A stretch of DNA of 64,000 bases from Ramazzottius varieornatus (taxonomy: Eukaryota; Animalia; Tardigrada). The DNA is taken from positions 5,019,092 to 5,083,091 of the forward strand of contig BDGG01000003.1 of assembly GCA_001949185.1 (NCBI GenBank), read 5' to 3'. Of the stretch, positions 61,518-64,000 are shown one piece after another (the stretch's first letter is position 1; each line of letters opens with the position of its first letter). The position numbers and the translations under genes were made by a program. The notes below the pieces were generated by a model. It ran no database searches. It worked only from the letters and a program-made list of their open reading frames with translations, and was not told the DNA's origin.

Positions 61518-64000
61518 CTAGTAAGAAATGGGGAGGCCGATGAGTACAGGAGCCGCACCCACCAGATAGGTGGAGATACCCACGGCGTCACGGCTGACAG
61601 CAATGAGCTCCAGCAAGCATTTGCGGATGGCGGCGTCTCCGCCAGCGCCCCGACGCTTCTTTTCCACCTCATCCTCGAACAGCTTGTCCAAGATGGACAT
61701 CATGTATTTGTCTATGCAACCACTTGTCACGCTCCATAGACACCCAATCACGCACGGACTGAAAACAAACATCAAAAGTACGTCAACATGCCATTTGGGA
61801 AGTCGGCTTATGAATTCACCCAGATCGTTGTCCCGAGTGGCGCATGCTACCAACCAGTAACACTGGAACCGTGCGCCACTTGAGAAAGTAACCTTGCCGA
61901 CCTTCGACATCGTTTACCAGCTGGCGCACGCGCTCGGCCAACAATACTGGGAGTGTGCGCCACTTGAGAAAGTAATCTTGTAAAGTTTCAAGATCGTTTT
62001 CCAAGCGGCGCGCGCCCTCAGCTAGTAACAATGAAAATGCGCGCCACTTGAAACAACGACCTTGGTGAATTCATTTGTCGAGGTTCCATTGGAAAACCTG
62101 CACGAAATTTTCCAAATAAGAAGTATAAACGTATGATTAATTAATCGAGATATTCGCTGATTGATACGTCGAAGTCTTCAGGCAAGTTAAGCACGAACCT
62201 GCCCATAATCAGACACTGTTGGACGAAGCCGGAAGCGTCCATGGCGGGAGTATGGTCAAGTTTCACACTGCTACACCCCGAAAGGATCATATTGGCGCTG
62301 GAGAAGCGCGAGTCGAAGATGGACATGTTAAAGAACTGCTGACCACAGCCATGTCCACAATAACTGAAAAATAAACCGGGCTTTTGCGTTTAGAGATCAA
62401 GTAAAAACTTCCGACGTGAACTTACTAAACGAGCTCGTGCTCTTCAAAAGCGGTCTTGATGTCCTTGGCAGAGGGTGCTTTGCCCACTACACCATTCCAC
62501 GTCTTGTTCTTCCTACAAACACAAAAGTTTTCAGTGGTCAATATGGTGGCGTGAAATTGGGCATAAGGCTGCTGGTGGATACTCACGCTTTGCGTTGGCG
62601 GAACTCGACGAAGGACTTTTCGGTATTTGCCAGGTCCATTCCGGGGTTGACGATGTAGAAGACCTTGTCTCGCCGGAGAAGCTCCTCCTTGTATTCTGCC
62701 AGCAGAATATTGGCGAACTGAATGGACGGAAGGCGAGAAACCGGCTGGCTCCGAAGAGTCGTGATGCTTTCCCACGGAAGACCATATGTATCCTGAAAAA
62801 GCCAAAACCCAATGTGTGACTTGGATCCGAAAGAGAAAGTTCGGCAGATGAGCTCGACAGGATCATGTTCCCAAGTGGCGCAGGTTGTCGGTGTTACGAG
62901 TTGGGTTGCGTGCGCCACTTGGGAATACGATCTTGTCAGGTTTCTGTGTCGACCTGCCAAATGGGAAAACTAGTTACGTATTTAAGGGAACCTGCAATAA
63001 ATTTATCGAGTTCGGAGCTAAGACGCTTACATTGTCCAGAACGAGAATCAGTGGATTTCGTGCACAAGTTACATCGTTGATGTCCACGAGTGGGTTTCTA
63101 TTGAGGTATGCAGCGACCTTCACCACCACTGCAGATCTTTCCGGTCGATTGAGCAGTTTCGAAGCCAGGCTCAACAGCTGTTGTGGTTTCATCACCAACC
63201 CGGACATCACCAAAATCTGAAAGAAACACCCAGTTTGAAGTTCAAACACAGAGTTTCATACGGAAGGCCGGTAAACGAAACGTTGAAGGTTCTCGTCTCC
63301 AGTGGCGCACGCTTCCCTACATTAACAGTGAAAGTGTGCGCCACTAACTGAGAAGAACATCTTTTACAGAGCGCACGCTCTCCTTTTCATTTACTGAAAT
63401 ACAGCGCCACTTAATGGTGAAATGATGCGCAACTCACTCGCAGGATGTTTTCTCCGACAGAAAGGGAGAATTCAGCAACGACCTTCTTCAGACTTCTCAC
63501 CCGATCTCTTAGTGTCTTTTGGTGTGCAGCGTCGACGGGCGAAGTCAGAAGCAGGCCTTTGGCGCAGCCCAGAAGTCCGTCCATGGCGTGCGTCATATCG
63601 CACAGTTCGACGTTGAGATTGGTGCGTACCTGCCAGTAGTCCCTTGCATCTTTGTACGATGTCTGGTTCTTCAGTCCACGGTCCAGGATATCACTCAAGC
63701 TATGGAGAACCATACTCTACAAGAGGAACGACGTGCATTTCACCATCAGAAAACGAAGCATGAACTTCTTACGTGGTAATGGTCGGGAACCGGAAGGTAA
63801 ATAGTGATGGGCTCCACGCCAGCTTCCCACCGAGTCACAACGATGTGCAAGATTCGTGAATCTTTGGGTGCATGGATGGGAAACGTGTGGTTTGTAGCGC
63901 AGTTGATTGTACAAACCACCCAGTTCACCGGGAGATTCTCAGTGACAAGTTCTCTCGGGACGTCGAAGGATAGGTGTGCAACTCTCTTCTCCAGAGCTTT
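61518..64000 (-). CDS. ESPL1: Separase (peptidase C50) C-terminal portion; gene continues beyond the window
   Basis: LPVNWVVCTI, LILVLD, LPWES..TLRSQPVSRLPS, FYIVNP..DL..TE, WNGVVG.AP, YCGHGCG (catalytic His), LSGCSS (catalytic Cys), GCLWSVT..IDK, YLVGAAPVLIGLP. Confidence 0.9.
61791..62092. repeat. Intronic palindromic element, 3 units (61834, 61918, 62002)
   Basis: Three N25 units with exact 84-bp period. Confidence 0.92.
62835..62955. repeat. Intronic palindromic element, 1 unit (core 62872-62921)
   Basis: N26 unit in a separase intron. Confidence 0.85.
63260..63413. repeat. Intronic palindromic element, 2 units (63299, 63365)
   Basis: Two N25 units with a shortened linker. Confidence 0.8.

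Noticed and set aside
61834-62050. Repeat-spacer arrays as CRISPR
   Set aside because: The context is eukaryotic, the repeats alternate in orientation, the spacers are homologous to each other, there are at most 3 units, and no cas genes are present.
191-63413. Palindromic elements as classical introners (transposons that create whole introns)
   Set aside because: The element ends do not coincide with splice sites. Unrelated sequence of variable length separates the arms from GT and AG in each intron.

Overview
Eukaryotic (animal) genomic DNA from a compact genome with short GT-AG introns, many 60-90 nt. The style is consistent with a tardigrade-like invertebrate, which is an inference only. 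There are two assembly gaps. The window has two parts. (1) About 0.9-26 kb is rich in transposons and gene fragments: a degenerate C2-domain gene, an intron-containing Tc5/pogo-like transposase, an orphan ZP-domain exon, a GT32-like glycosyltransferase whose start lies in a 138-bp tandem array, a CRE-clade non-LTR element, a Ngaro/DIRS tyrosine-recombinase remnant, an internally deleted Gypsy-like element with an env-like start, and several hAT and Tc1 MITEs with target-site duplications. (2) About 26-64 kb is gene-dense: a non-catalytic carboxylesterase, a synaptotagmin-like Rab effector, FANCM, an unusual ~1046-aa HP1-like protein with a Med15-middle-like domain, UBE2H, Neurexin-IV/Caspr and the 3' end of separase. 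The strongest unexplained signal is a palindromic element, CAAGTGGCGCAC-N25-GTGCGCCACTTG inside longer foldback arms. By manual count it occurs at 28 loci (~48 units), almost all intronic. Its spacer length (~25 bp) and array period (~84-85 bp) are nearly fixed although the sequence is highly diverged.
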